Shown here: positions 20,221 to 30,466 of the stretch, piece by piece
Position numbering within the stretch: the stretch's first letter is position 1
Layout of the letters: each line of letters begins with the position of its first letter
Source: an uncultured Actinomycetes bacterium
GTDB taxonomy: Bacteria; Actinomycetota; UBA4738; HRBIN12
Length of the DNA: 64,000 nt
Assembly (NCBI GenBank): GCA_963780015.1
Contig: CAWAAO010000007.1
Location: 2,599-66,598 of the forward strand
Reading direction: 5' to 3'
The notes under the pieces: generated by a model
The model's database searches: none
Told to the model about the DNA's origin: nothing
The model's input: the letters and a program-made list of their open reading frames with translations, nothing else
Translations under genes and position numbers: made by a program

Positions 20221-22679
20221 TCACTCCGCCTTCAGGACCGCGGCCGGCTTCACACGGCGCGCCACGAGCCCAGGCCCGAGCGAGACCAGCAACGGCCGAC
20301 GACCAGCGTGATCGGGATCACGAGGATCGAGTACGGCGACAGCACCGGCTCGTTCACCACGCCGAGCCGATAGGCGAACGCCGACCAGCCGAGGCGTCCC
20401 GAGCAACATGCCGAGGGGAACCCCGAACGCAAGCGCCAGGCTCGCGAGGATCAGCGACTGCCAGGCGACCGTCGCGGCGATCTGCCGACGCTTGAATCCG
20501 AGGGTCTGCAGGATCGCAAGATCGCGCCGGCGCCGCCGCACCGACGTCAGCAGCACGTGCACGAGCGTGGCGAAGGCGGCGAAGCCGAACAGGATCGACA
20601 ACTGCAGCGGCAACGTGCGTGCGTTGAGCGTTGCGCCGACGGTCGTTCCGTACTCGGTTCGGCGTCGCGCGGTCGTGCTCGGCGTCGAGATCGCTCAGGA
20701 CCGCCTTGTTGAGGCGCGTCGCGATCACGCTCCCGGATCGACACCGGGCGCGATACCGACCCAGCGATGAGGTTCTCGGTGACCGTCGGGTAGAAGGACC
20801 GCAGCCCCTCCATCGTCAGTCCGCCGCCCCTTGGCCCAGCCCGGCCCCGAATCCGAAGTCGGGGAACACCGGCACGCCGACGACCGTCATGTCGCGTCGA
20901 CGGGGGCCGACGACCACGGTGACCGTGTCGCCGACCGACACGCCCGAGCGTGCGCAGGGTCTCCGCACCGAGCGCGATCTCTTGTGCGCTCGGTGGCCAC
21001 CGACCCGTCGAGCAATCGTCGGCGACACCGGCGCGCCCTTCACGGTGGTGAGCGCCCACGCGATCTCCTGGACCTCTGCCGGCCGGGCTCGGTCACGTCG
21101 ACGAACTGCTGGAAGTTGCCGACCGCGAGATCCTGCAGGCCGGGATCGGCCTCGATGACGGGGACCGCGTGCTTCTGGAACGGCGTCGCCGATGAACGGC
21201 TGCCCGGCTCCGAACGTGATAGTCCACCCCGCACAGGCGGGGGGTTGGCCGAAGTGATCCATGCTGGCCGCGAACCCGAAGGCGGCGACCATCGCCGCGA
21301 CGGCGATCGAGAGGCCGATGACCGCACTGCGAACGGGGGTGGCGGAACGTCCGTGACCGGGCTCGAGGGCGAGCCGCGCACCGGCGCCGGCCGAGGCCGG
21401 CAGCGGCAGTCGCGCGATCCAGGCGGCGAGCGCCGAGCGCCGCACCGACCCCTGGTATTCCACGGCGCCCTCCGGGCCGGTGCGCGCCGACGCGAGCCGT
21501 CGGGCGGGGATGACGACGCTCAGGATCGTCGTGACGGCGATCAGCGAGAGACGCCGATCAGGACCGCGAACGCCGTCGATCCGCACGCCGACGTCGGGAT
21601 CCAGCGTCCGGGACAAGCCCCATCGGGAACAATGGCGACAGGGCGACCGCGCCACCGACCGCGATCGCCGCGCCCACGCCCGCGACGACGACCGCCGGCA
21701 ACGCGGCGGCCCAAACGATCTGCGATCGGGTCATCCCGACCGCCCGCAGCACGGGCGTGTCGATCGCGCCGAGCGACGTGCGCCGAACCAGGAACTGTCC
21801 GAGCACCATGATGCCGGCGATGCGCGGCGAGCGCGGCGAGCACCCGCAGGACGATCGCGGTCAGGTGCGTCGATCGCTCGACGAAGACCCGCTCGACGGT
21901 CATGTTGAGGACGAACGCCTTCGGTTCCATCCGTGTAGATCGACGCGAGGAACGGCGTCAACGAGGCGAAGTCACCCTGGAGCTGGAAGACGCCCGCGCT
22001 GCACGTCCAGACCTGCCCCTCCCACGCATCGGCGAACCCGGGTCCGGCCCAGACGCCGGGCTCATCGCCGATCGCTTCCTGGAATCCGATGACCCACCCC
22101 GTGACGCGCACGGGGATCTGACGACTGTCCGCCTCGGGTCCGAGAAGAGCTGACCCGTGTCGCTCGCCTCCTGCGAGGGCATCTCCAGCACGATCGTGTC
22201 GCCGATCGCGGGACGAGTCCCGCCGCTACGGCCCGGATCCTCGTAGCCGACCGCGACCTCGTTCGGCGGCGGTCGGCATGCGCCCGGCGAGCAATCTGCG
22301 GCTGCAGCACGGCTGCGTCCGGCAGGGTCGCGGAGCGCGATCACGGTCGAGGAGAAGTCCGGGGTGGATGTACTGCAGGAGCGACGCCGTCCGTGCGCCG
22401 GAGGTTCGCAGGTCCGAATGCGACGATCGCCGAGGACTCGACGCTCTGCAGCGTTCCCGACCTTCGCCAGGTCGATCGGTGGCGAGAAGCAGCCGTTGGG
22501 ACAACTCAGCACGACGGCCTCGGGCTCGTTGCTCGTCGTCGCGGTAGCGCTCGTACGCCGAGTCGGTCTGGCGCGCGCCCGCGAACGCGGCGATCGCGAA
22601 CCGCACCGATCAGCCCGACGAGGACCGTGACCGCGATCAGCGAGATCGGCCGCGCGCGGACGTCCGCGCGGGCGCGCAT
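20221..22679 (-). pseudogene. MacB/FtsX-family ABC transporter permease (two FtsX domains) with at least a dozen frame breaks
   Basis: Family-like segments are scattered over all three minus frames. They include MRARADVRARPISLIAVTVLVGLIGAV, RFAIAAFAGARQTDSAYERY, LLAGRMP, NEVAVGYE, VLGQFLVRRTSLGAIDTPVLRAVGMTRSQI, IPARRLA, EIALGAETLRTLG, VGDTVTVVV, LPLQLSILFGFAAFATLVHV, ILQTLGFKRRQI and RVKPAAVLKAE. Confidence 0.8.
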
Positions 22680-22691
22680 CCGCGGATGCAC

Positions 22692-23451
22692 TCACGGCGC
22701 CGGGTCCTCCAGGACGCCGAACACGCCGCCGGCGCCCGGTGACGCCGACGCGTGCGCCGTCGTCGATCCGTCCATCGCGCATCCGCACGATCCGCTCGGC
22801 CGAGGCCGCCACCTCGTCGTCGTGCGTCACCATCACGATCGTCTGACCGCCCTCGTGCAGCCGTCGGAACAGACCGAGCACCTCGGCGCCGCCCTCGGAG
22901 TCGAGCGATCCGGTCGGCTCGTCGGCCAGCAGCAGCGTGGGCTCGTTCGCCAGCGCGCGTGCGATCGACAGCCGCTGGCGCTGGCCGCCCGACAGCACGC
23001 CGGGGCTCTTGCGCGCCTTGTCGGCGATCCCCAGCAGGTCGAGCAGGTCCATCGAGCGGGAGTCGGCCTCCTTGCGGTTGCGCCCCGCCACCACCATCGG
23101 CAGCGAGACGTTCTCGAGCACGCTCATGCCCTCGAGCAGGTTGAAGAACTGGAAGACCAGCCCGATGTGACGCCGGCGCATCACCGCGAGCTCGTCGTCG
23201 GAATCGGCCCATCGATCGCTCGCCCGTCGATCGCGATCCGCCCGTCGGTGGGCGTCTCGAGCCCGGCCACGAGGTTGAGGAGGGTCGACTTCCCGCACCC
23301 GGACGGGCCCATGATGGCCACGAAGGCGCCGTGCGCCACCGTCGAGGTCGAGGCCGCGGAGCGCACGGACGGGGACCTGCTCGTCATCGGTTGCGTCGAA
23401 GGTCTTGCGGAGCCCCTCGACCCACAGGGCATCCGGATTGGCGGTATCCAT
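22692..23451 (-). pseudogene. ABC transporter ATP-binding protein (MacB/LolD-like) with three or four frame breaks
   Basis: ATG 23451. The Walker A motif [12 protein letters not shown] lies in ORF 23181..23522. The Q-loop, signature and Walker B (LSGGQRQRLSIARAL, LLLADEPTGSLD) lie in ORF 21958..23451. The C-terminus shifts again to ..GVLEDPAP and a TGA at 22692. Confidence 0.85.
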
Positions 23452-23549
23452 GAGCGCACGGTACCCATCCGGCGGCGCTCATGCGCTCGCGGGGGCACCA
23501 CGGTTGGGGGTGAGGGAGCCACCCGGATCGCAGCGGTCGTTGCGGGGGA

Positions 23550-24679
23550 TCAGCCCCCGAACCAGCGAGCCCGACGGCTGGTGGCGAAGTCCGCCTTCTC
23601 CGCGGTGGTCGCCGCCGAGGGCTCGGTGAACGTGCCCTTCGCGTGTCCCGGGGTCGAGAAGAAGTCCACATCGACGCGACCCACCCCTCGGTCGCCGAAC
23701 TCGATGTAGCAGGTCCCGGTGCCGTCGTAGCCCGGCGGCTCGGGGTCGCCCCGGAGACGCGCGATGAGTTGCTCGGCCACCACGCGGGCGGCGCCTTCGG
23801 CGAACACGCCGGCCTTCGCCGTTCCGACGCTCGTCACGTCGCCGACCGCGTAGACGTTCGGGAAGCGCGTGGCCAGCGTCCTCGGCTCGACGGGGATCCA
23901 GCCCTCCTCCGTCATGCCCGACGCCTCCACCACGGCGGGCGCGCGGTGCGCCGGGATCCCGAGGAACAGGTCGCAGGGAAGACGCCTCCCGTCGTCGAGC
24001 ACGGCGGTCCCCGACTCGAGGGCGACGACCGTGTGCTCGGGCATGAACTCGATCCCGCGCTCGGCGAAGTGCGCGAGGATCGCCGTCGAGGTCTCGGGCG
24101 AGGGCGGCACGGCGCCCCGAAGGGGATCACCACCTGGATGTGGACGTCGTCGCGTACGCCGCGCGCCCGCAGGAACTCGTCGAGCAGGATGGCCGCCTCG
24201 CTGGGCGCCGGCGGGCACTTGAACGGCGCACCGCAGACACCGACGATCGCGGTCCCCGACGTGAAGCTCGGCAGGACGTCGCGCAGCCGCTCGGCGCCGG
24301 CCACCGAGTAGAACTCGTTGCCGTGTTCGACCAGCCCGGGCGTGGCGTCGAGGTCGTAGTCGGCGCCGAGCGCCACGACGAGCACGTCGGCCTCGTAGGT
24401 GTCGAGGTCCGTGGTGACGCGCCGCGCCGAGGGATCGATCGCCGTGATCGTCTCCTGCCGGAACCGCACGTGCGGCGTGGTCATCGCCTCGTACGGCATG
24501 CGGACTTCCTCGAGCGTTCGCGTGCCGAACAGCACGTCGAGCTTCGAGAAGCCGAACACGAACGCGTCGGCTTGGTCGATCAGCGTGATCTCGACCTCGT
24601 CGCCGAGCGCCGCGGATACTCGGGAGCAGAGCTCGAGCCCGCCGAACCCGGCGCCGAGCACCAGGACGGAGGTCGTCAC
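23550..24679 (-). CDS. NAD(P)/FAD-dependent oxidoreductase, sulfide:quinone oxidoreductase/NDH-2-like; frame break near 24115
   Basis: GTG 24679 begins VTTSVLVLGAGFGGLE, with FKCPPAPSEAA in ORF 23912..25051. It continues in ORF 23550..24218 (ILAHFAERGIEF, VYAVGDV). The junction sits at adjacent CCCC/GGGG runs. The length is 3n+2. Confidence 0.75.
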
Positions 24680-25254
24680 GACGCCGGCGGCTTCTCGCCG
24701 GGCATCAGGTCCCGGTCCGACGGGTGCCACGCGGGGCTGTCCCCGGCGGTGCGCACGTTGAACCCGTAGTCGAAGACCAGCGTGCCGCCGATCGTCGCGC
24801 CGAACGCGAGGAGGAGTGCCGTGAGCACCGTCAGCGCCGCCAGGGCCGCCGACGTCGTCGGCGCCGCCACGTCGTAGCTCCCCAGGCGCCAGACGATGTC
24901 GATCAGGACCAAGCCGGTCACGATGAGCATCGTGAGCCCGTGCGCGTTCGCGGTGCGACGGGCCTGTGTGCCCTTCGGCGTCGAGACGCGCCAGTCCATG
25001 AACCCGGTCAGCGCCGTGGCGAGCGACACGATCAGACCGCCCACCAGGCACAACGTGGCCGCCTTGAAGAAGTCCGTGGACCAGCTCTCACTGTGCCAGA
25101 GCCACGACACGACGTCGAAGGCGGCCGCCAGGACGTAGGCGCCGATCGGCACGTCGGTCAGCGGGGGGTGCAACGGCTTGCCGGTGAACCCGCGAAGGCC
25201 CAGGAATTTGCGCCCCTTGAACGTGATCGACGGACGCACGGAGAACTTGGCCAT
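24676..25254 (-). CDS. DUF2231-like membrane protein
   Basis: ATG 25254 follows GGGGGG. There are four TM helices, and the N-terminus reads HPPLTDVPIGAYVLAAAFD. Its stop overlaps the start of the downstream oxidoreductase. Confidence 0.65.
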   Translation of the reverse strand: MAKFSVRPSITFKGRKFLGLRGFTGKPLHPPLTDVPIGAYVLAAAFDVVSWLWHSESWSTDFFKAATLCLVGGLIVSLATALTGFMDWRVSTPKGTQARRTANAHGLTMLIVTGLVLIDIVWRLGSYDVAAPTTSAALAALTVLTALLLAFGATIGGTLVFDYGFNVRTAGDSPAWHPSDRDLMPGEKPPAS

Positions 25255-25321
25255 GGATCCCCCCTTCGGTCGGAAGAACACACTCAACCACGAGGAGGGC
25301 GTGTCGGGCGAGCCCGGCGGG

Positions 25322-25849
25322 CTATCGGCCGGCCGCGTCGCCTCGATCGCCCGGCCAGGGCAGCCGGGGTGCGTCGAGCAGGTCGAGCTCGCCCGGTGAG
25401 TGCCCGCATTCCGTGAGGTACCGGGCGAGCTCGCTGCGGTGCTGCGTCCCGTGGTTCACGATGTGCGCGACGATCAACCACCGGGGCACCACGTCGTCCG
25501 GACCCTCGGCCAACGGCATCGACTCGGACAGCGCGGCGTCGTCGAGGGACGCCACGTAGGTGCGCAGGCGTTCGTCCTCCTGGAGGCAGAACGCGTGGAT
25601 CGTCGCGAGGTCGTCGAGCACGAACCCGTGATCCCACGCGTAGGTCTCGCCGACGTCGTTCCCGGCGCAGAACTCGCGCCAGCTCCAGTCGACGTCGACG
25701 AGATGGCGGAACGTCTGGAACGCGGTGCCGTGGTCGAGATTCGCCGTCCGGCGGAACTCCTCATCCGACAGGTCCTCGGCCGTCGCCAGGATCCGGTCGT
25801 TCGCCCACGCGTGAAACCGGACGAGGGCGAGCAGGGTGTCGGCGTCCAT
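25322..25849 (-). CDS. DinB family (DinB_2) protein
   Basis: 175-aa ORF with RFHAWANDRIL and HIVNHGTQHRSEL, the characteristic His triad helices. Confidence 0.8.
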   Translation of the reverse strand: MDADTLLALVRFHAWANDRILATAEDLSDEEFRRTANLDHGTAFQTFRHLVDVDWSWREFCAGNDVGETYAWDHGFVLDDLATIHAFCLQEDERLRTYVASLDDAALSESMPLAEGPDDVVPRWLIVAHIVNHGTQHRSELARYLTECGHSPGELDLLDAPRLPWPGDRGDAAGR

Positions 25850-25874
25850 CGCGCCATCCTAGGCGCCCGGGCAC

Positions 25875-25880
25875 TAGGGT
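25875..25880 (+). promoter_or_regulatory. Candidate -10 element TAGGGT for a leaderless NYN-LOTUS transcript
   Basis: CTAGGGTGGG at 25874-25883, with the GTG start at 25887 six nt after the hexamer and no SD sequence. The same CTAGGGTGGG occurs at 39735-39744. Confidence 0.35.
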
Positions 25881-25886
25881 GGGTGG

Positions 25887-26975
25887 GTGGAAACCGACGA
25901 AGAACGCATCGCGCTGTTCCTGGACTACGAGAACCTGGCGATCGGCGCCCGCGAGGCGCTCGGCGGCCTGAGCTTCGATCTCAAGCCGGTGCTCGACGCG
26001 CTGGCCGAGCGCGGCCGGGTGATCGCTCGCAAGGCGTACGCGGACTGGTCGGCGTTCGACGAGGACCGGCGCATGCTCACGCGCGGCCACGTGGAGCTGA
26101 TCGAGATCCCGCAGCGGATGGGCGCCTCCCGCAAGAACGCCGCCGACATCAAGATGGCGGTCGACGCCCTGGAGATGGCGTTCGAACGCTCCTACATCAC
26201 CACGTTCGTGATCTGCACGGGCGACAGCGACCTGACCCCCCTGGTCCACAAGCTTCGCGAGCTGAACAAGCGGGTGATCGGGGTCGGCATCAAGGACTCG
26301 ACCTCGGCGCTGCTGCCGCCGGCCTGCGACGAGTTCCTGTTCTACGACACGCTCGAGGGCGTGGACGTGCCCGAGGGCGCCGGGCGACGCCGCAGCTCGT
26401 CGCGCGGCGGGCGCGCCGCCTCGAAGAAACCGCCGGCGCCCGCGCCCGTCGAGGAGGTCGAGCCCGTCGAGGCACGCACGCCCGGTGACGTCGACGAGCT
26501 GGCGGTCCGGGTGGCACAGACCGTCGCCGGCCTGGAGCGAACCTCCGGCGGCGCCGTGCTCGCATCCACCGTCAAGCGCGCGCTCCTGCGCAAGGATCCG
26601 ACGTTCAGCGAAGCCGAGTATGGGTTCCGTGCCTTCGGCGAGCTCCTGCGGTACCTGGCCGATCGCAACGTGATCGAACTCTCGGAAGGGTCCGCGAAGG
26701 GCGACCCCGAGGTCTCCCTGCCGACCCACGGCGGCGAGACCGACGCGTTCGCCCTGCTCGGCTCGGTGGTGGCCGATCTCGAGTCCACCAACACGGTGCC
26801 CCACCTGTCGGGCTTGAAGAACAAGGTGCGCAAGGTGCAGCCGGACTTCAGCGAGAAGAAGTACGGCTACAACGGGTTCCTGCAATTCGCGAAGGCGGCG
26901 GCCACCCAGGGCGTGGTCACCCTCGAATGGGACCCCGACGACGGCGACTACGTCCTGGGTGTGCCCGGAGCCTGA
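25887..26975 (+). CDS. NYN (LabA-like) domain protein with two C-terminal OST-HTH/LOTUS domains
   Basis: 362-aa ORF. The NYN region reads IALFLDYENL and ICTGDSDLTPLV. The LOTUS-like repeats read LRKDPTFSEAEYGFRAFGELLRYL and VQPDFSEKKYGYNGFLQFAKAA. Confidence 0.85.
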   Translation: METDEERIALFLDYENLAIGAREALGGLSFDLKPVLDALAERGRVIARKAYADWSAFDEDRRMLTRGHVELIEIPQRMGASRKNAADIKMAVDALEMAFERSYITTFVICTGDSDLTPLVHKLRELNKRVIGVGIKDSTSALLPPACDEFLFYDTLEGVDVPEGAGRRRSSSRGGRAASKKPPAPAPVEEVEPVEARTPGDVDELAVRVAQTVAGLERTSGGAVLASTVKRALLRKDPTFSEAEYGFRAFGELLRYLADRNVIELSEGSAKGDPEVSLPTHGGETDAFALLGSVVADLESTNTVPHLSGLKNKVRKVQPDFSEKKYGYNGFLQFAKAAATQGVVTLEWDPDDGDYVLGVPGA

Positions 26976-26985
26976 GCCGACCGGC

Positions 26986-28383
26986 ATGACCGCGGAGCGC
27001 TTCGATCTCGTCGTGATCGGTGGCGGCGCCGCGGGGGAGAAGGGCGCCGCGCAGGCCGCGTACTTCGGCAAGCGGGTGGCCGTGATCGAACGGCGGGCCG
27101 AGCCCGGCGGCGCCACCGTCCACACCGGCACGCTGCCCTCCAAGACGCTGCGCGAGGCGGCGCTGTTCCTGTCGGGGTATCGCCAGCGCGACCTCTACGG
27201 GGTGTCCGTCGAGGTCAGCCGGGACCTCGAGGTCGCCAAGCTGGTGGAGCGGAAGAACGCGGTTCGCACGCTCGAGACCGGGCGGATGCTCGCGAACCTC
27301 GATCGCCACCACGTGGAGCTCGTGCACGGCACCGCGCGTCTGGTCGATGCCGCGACGGTGGCGGTCGTCGGCGAGGACGCCGGCCTGCGGACGTTCGCGG
27401 CCGACGCGGTGCTGCTTGCGACGGGCTCGAGCCCGTTCCGACCACCGGGCATCCCGTTCGAGGACCCCGATGTGCACGACTCGGACACGATCCTGGAGAT
27501 CGACCGGCTGCCCGCGTCCCTGGCCGTGCTCGGCGGCGGCGTGATCGGGTGCGAGTACGCCTCGATGTTCGCGGCGTTGGGCACCGACGTGCACCTGATC
27601 GAGCGCACGGCGCCGCTGCTGCCGTTCCTCGACGCCGAGGTCGTCGAGCGGATGGTCGCCGGGATGGCGGCGCTCGGCGTGACCTTCCACTTCGGCGAGC
27701 GCGCCGAGACCGTCTCGCGTCGCGGCGACGCCCTGGTCTGTTCGATGCCCTCGGGCGCCGAGATCGCGGCCGACAAGGTGCTCGTCACGGCGGGGCGCAT
27801 CGGCAACACCGACGGCCTCGGTCTGGCCGCGGTCGGGGTCGAGACCGACGAACGGGGCCGCGTCCTCGTCGACGGGCATTTCCGCACCTCGGCGCCGGGG
27901 GTGTTCGCCGCCGGCGATGTGATCGGGGCGCCGGCGCTCGCCTCCACCTCGATGGAGCAGGCGCGCGTCGCCGTGTGCCGCGCGTTCGGCTTCGACTACA
28001 AACAGGAGCTGACGAGCCTGCTGCCCTACGGCGTCTACACGATCCCGGAGGTGAGCAGCGTGGGGCTGAGCGAAGAGGCCGCGGCCGAGCGCGGCATCGA
28101 CGTGGTGATCGGCCGGGCGTCGTTCGCCGACAACGCGCGCGGCGAGATCATCGGGGATCGCGACGGCCTGACGAAGCTCGTCTTCGATCGATCGACGAGG
28201 CGCCTGATCGGGTGCCATTGCGTCGGCGAGCGCGCCACCGAGCTCGTGCACATCGGTCAGGCGGTGATGACGCTCGGCGGCACCGTCGAGACGTTCATCG
28301 AGATGGTGTTCAACTACCCGACCCTGGCCGAGACCTACAAGTACGCGGCCTACGACGCGCTGGCCGAGCTCGGCCCGGCGTAG
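26986..28383 (+). CDS. sthA: Soluble pyridine nucleotide transhydrogenase (Si-specific), SthA-like flavoprotein
   Basis: ATG 26986 lies within ORF 26959..28383. Motifs: VVIGGGAAGEKGA and GGATVHTGTLPSK (no redox-active CxxxxC, as in SthA), plus a second dinucleotide fold GGGVIGCEYA and the dimerisation domain. Confidence 0.8.
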   Translation: MTAERFDLVVIGGGAAGEKGAAQAAYFGKRVAVIERRAEPGGATVHTGTLPSKTLREAALFLSGYRQRDLYGVSVEVSRDLEVAKLVERKNAVRTLETGRMLANLDRHHVELVHGTARLVDAATVAVVGEDAGLRTFAADAVLLATGSSPFRPPGIPFEDPDVHDSDTILEIDRLPASLAVLGGGVIGCEYASMFAALGTDVHLIERTAPLLPFLDAEVVERMVAGMAALGVTFHFGERAETVSRRGDALVCSMPSGAEIAADKVLVTAGRIGNTDGLGLAAVGVETDERGRVLVDGHFRTSAPGVFAAGDVIGAPALASTSMEQARVAVCRAFGFDYKQELTSLLPYGVYTIPEVSSVGLSEEAAAERGIDVVIGRASFADNARGEIIGDRDGLTKLVFDRSTRRLIGCHCVGERATELVHIGQAVMTLGGTVETFIEMVFNYPTLAETYKYAAYDALAELGPA

Positions 28384-28407
28384 GCGACGCGCGCGAGTCG
28401 GGATGCG

Positions 28408-29089
28408 CTACGCCAACCCGTTGATCGACCAGGCGATCACCAGGATCGCGACGAGGAGGGAGATGCAGGATTCGGCCATCATCGTCATCTTCGCCCAGGT
28501 GCGCACGGGAAGTGTGTCGGTCGGGCTGAACGCCGTGGCGTTCGTGAACGACAGATAGAGATAGTCGGGATAGGTCGGGATCCATCCCTCCTTCACCAGC
28601 TCGGGCATCGCGTCCTCGGGGAAGCCGAAGCTCGGCCGGATCGCAGAGCCGGCGGCCCGCTCGGCGGCGCCTCCTCGGTCGAGCTCCCAGAACCACAGGC
28701 TGAACACGAGCACGTTGGTGACCCACAACGCGGCGCCACGCCCGAGCAGCGCCGTAGGCATCGACCCCGAAGTTGGGGTCGATGACGTCCACCATCAGCA
28801 GTACAAGGCCGCCGAGGGTGCCGATCGTCATGATGACGAGCAACACGAACATCGCACGTCGGGCAGCCCGCGTACGTCGATCGATCCGTCCCGGATCGCG
28901 CAGGATCACGGCACCCAGCGCCAGCAGTTCGAACACCGGGAGTACCCACCATTTGAGGAGTCGCCCTTCCTTCGGCGTGATCCACTGCAGCACGATCGTC
29001 GCGAGCACGGCGACCGCCATCGGCCAGCGCTTCTCCGCCGTGCGCGGGACCGCGGGGCCCTCCGGCCGCTCGGCGGGCGTGGCGCTCAT
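28408..29089 (-). CDS. DUF1345-like membrane protein; one frame break near 28760
   Basis: ORF 28310..29089 supplies the N-terminal TM helices and ORF 28408..28761 supplies the rest (VTNVLVFSLWFWELD, YLYLSFTNATAFSPTD). The length is 3n+1. Confidence 0.65.
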
Positions 29090-29104
29090 CCGTGCTCCTC
29101 GACG

Positions 29105-29701
29105 CTAGGGGGTGGGCGACGACAGGGCGTCACACGCCGGTGCGCTGTCGATGGCTGCAGCGAGATCCGGGCTCTGGATCGAGTCGATCGCGTCCGAGAT
29201 CTCCTGGGCGCCCTGTTGGAGTTGCGGCACCAGACCCGTGAGCGCGGCGGCCATGTTCGCGGGGTTGCTCGTGTCGAGCGACTGCACCTTGGACCGCACG
29301 GTCTCGAACAGGGTCTTCACGTTCGTGAGCGCCGTCTCGATGGCGGCGGTGGCGTCCTCCACCCCAGGGGGCGTGCCGAGGGCGTGGACATCGTCGAGCA
29401 TCGTCTGCGTGTCCTCGATCGCCGAGGTCATGTACGCCTCGAGTGCGTCCTTGACGTCTTGGGGGGTCGGGTTGCCGGCGGTGATCGTGTCTTGGAGCGA
29501 CTGGCTGCCGTCGGTCAGGCTCTGTTGCCACTGGTCGATGCTGGTGCACAGCCCGTCCGCGTACGCAGCGGTTTCGGCGCTGACCGATGACGAGACGGGG
29601 GTGCTCGTGGCGGCCGCGGTCGTCGTGGACGACGACGTCGAGCAGGCCGCGAGCAGGACGGTTGCGAGCGCGATCGCGACGAGCGATGTGCGACGAGTCA
29701 T
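29105..29701 (-). CDS. Helical lipoprotein of unknown function
   Basis: 198-aa ORF whose signal peptide carries the lipobox LLAAC. It has a Ser/Thr-rich linker and a conserved Cys pair (LCTSI .. APACDAL). A paralogue lies at 34178..34621. Confidence 0.7.
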   Translation of the reverse strand: MTRRTSLVAIALATVLLAACSTSSSTTTAAATSTPVSSSVSAETAAYADGLCTSIDQWQQSLTDGSQSLQDTITAGNPTPQDVKDALEAYMTSAIEDTQTMLDDVHALGTPPGVEDATAAIETALTNVKTLFETVRSKVQSLDTSNPANMAAALTGLVPQLQQGAQEISDAIDSIQSPDLAAAIDSAPACDALSSPTP

Positions 29702-29759
29702 GGTCCCTCTCCCGTGTGTCTTCCGGGGCGGAACCCTAGCAGCGGCCCGACCGAGCGTG

Positions 29760-29945
29760 TCAGCGCGTTTCGAGCGGATGGCGGTGCACCGGTACCGAGT
29801 GCAGCCAGCAGGTCGTTTCCTTGTTGTAGGTCGACAGCACCGTCACGCAGCCCGGCTCGGAGCAGTGCCGCCCTCGTTGGCCGCGAGCCCCCTTGCCCGT
29901 GTCGGGCGGTCCGTATCGCACGCCGGATGCGTTGGCTCTGGTCAT
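29760..29945 (-). CDS. Small (61 aa) putative zinc-ribbon-like protein
   Basis: ATG 29945 lies within ORF 29760..30242 and follows AAGGGAG. The Cys/His pattern is HCSEPGC ... CWLH, and the N-terminus is basic. Confidence 0.5.
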   Translation of the reverse strand: MTRANASGVRYGPPDTGKGARGQRGRHCSEPGCVTVLSTYNKETTCWLHSVPVHRHPLETR

Positions 29946-30145
29946 CGGGGCTCCCTTGCTCGACGGGTGTGCGATCCGTCGACGGGGAGACGAGCGGCTG
30001 GGGGCCACTGCCGGTCCCGCCTGTGGCGAACCCTCGGCTCGAACCGAGACACCCAGCGTACTACCCCTGTCGGAACGGGCGCCCGCCGTTCGTCGTACTG
30101 GTCGGATGGCCCGCACCGGACGGGTCACGGAAGGAGGGAACGGCA

Positions 30146-30460
30146 ATGGCGAAGTACCTCTTGCTGTACGAGGGTGGCAGCATGCCCGAGAGCGAAGCGG
30201 CGCAGGCTGCCGCGATGCAGGCCTGGGAGGCGTGGTTCGCACAGATCGGCGGCGCGGTCGCCGACGCGGGCAACCCGTTCACGCCCGCCTCGAAGCGCCT
30301 CTCGGCGGACGGCTCGATCAGCGCCGGCACCGGCAAGGCGTCGGGCTACTCGATCCTGGAGGCCGACTCGCTCGATGCGGCCACCGACCTCGCGAAGGGC
30401 TGCCCGGTGCTCGCGGGCGGCGCCTCGATCTCGGTCTACGAGACGTTCGAGGTGATGTAG
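30146..30460 (+). CDS. YciI-like (dimeric alpha/beta-barrel) family protein
   Basis: ATG 30146 lies within ORF 29714..30460 and follows GGAAGGAGGG. The protein is 104 aa, starting MAKYLLLYEGG.. and ending ..LAKGCPVLAGGASISVYE. Confidence 0.5.
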   Translation: MAKYLLLYEGGSMPESEAAQAAAMQAWEAWFAQIGGAVADAGNPFTPASKRLSADGSISAGTGKASGYSILEADSLDAATDLAKGCPVLAGGASISVYETFEVM

Positions 30461-30466
30461 CGCGCG

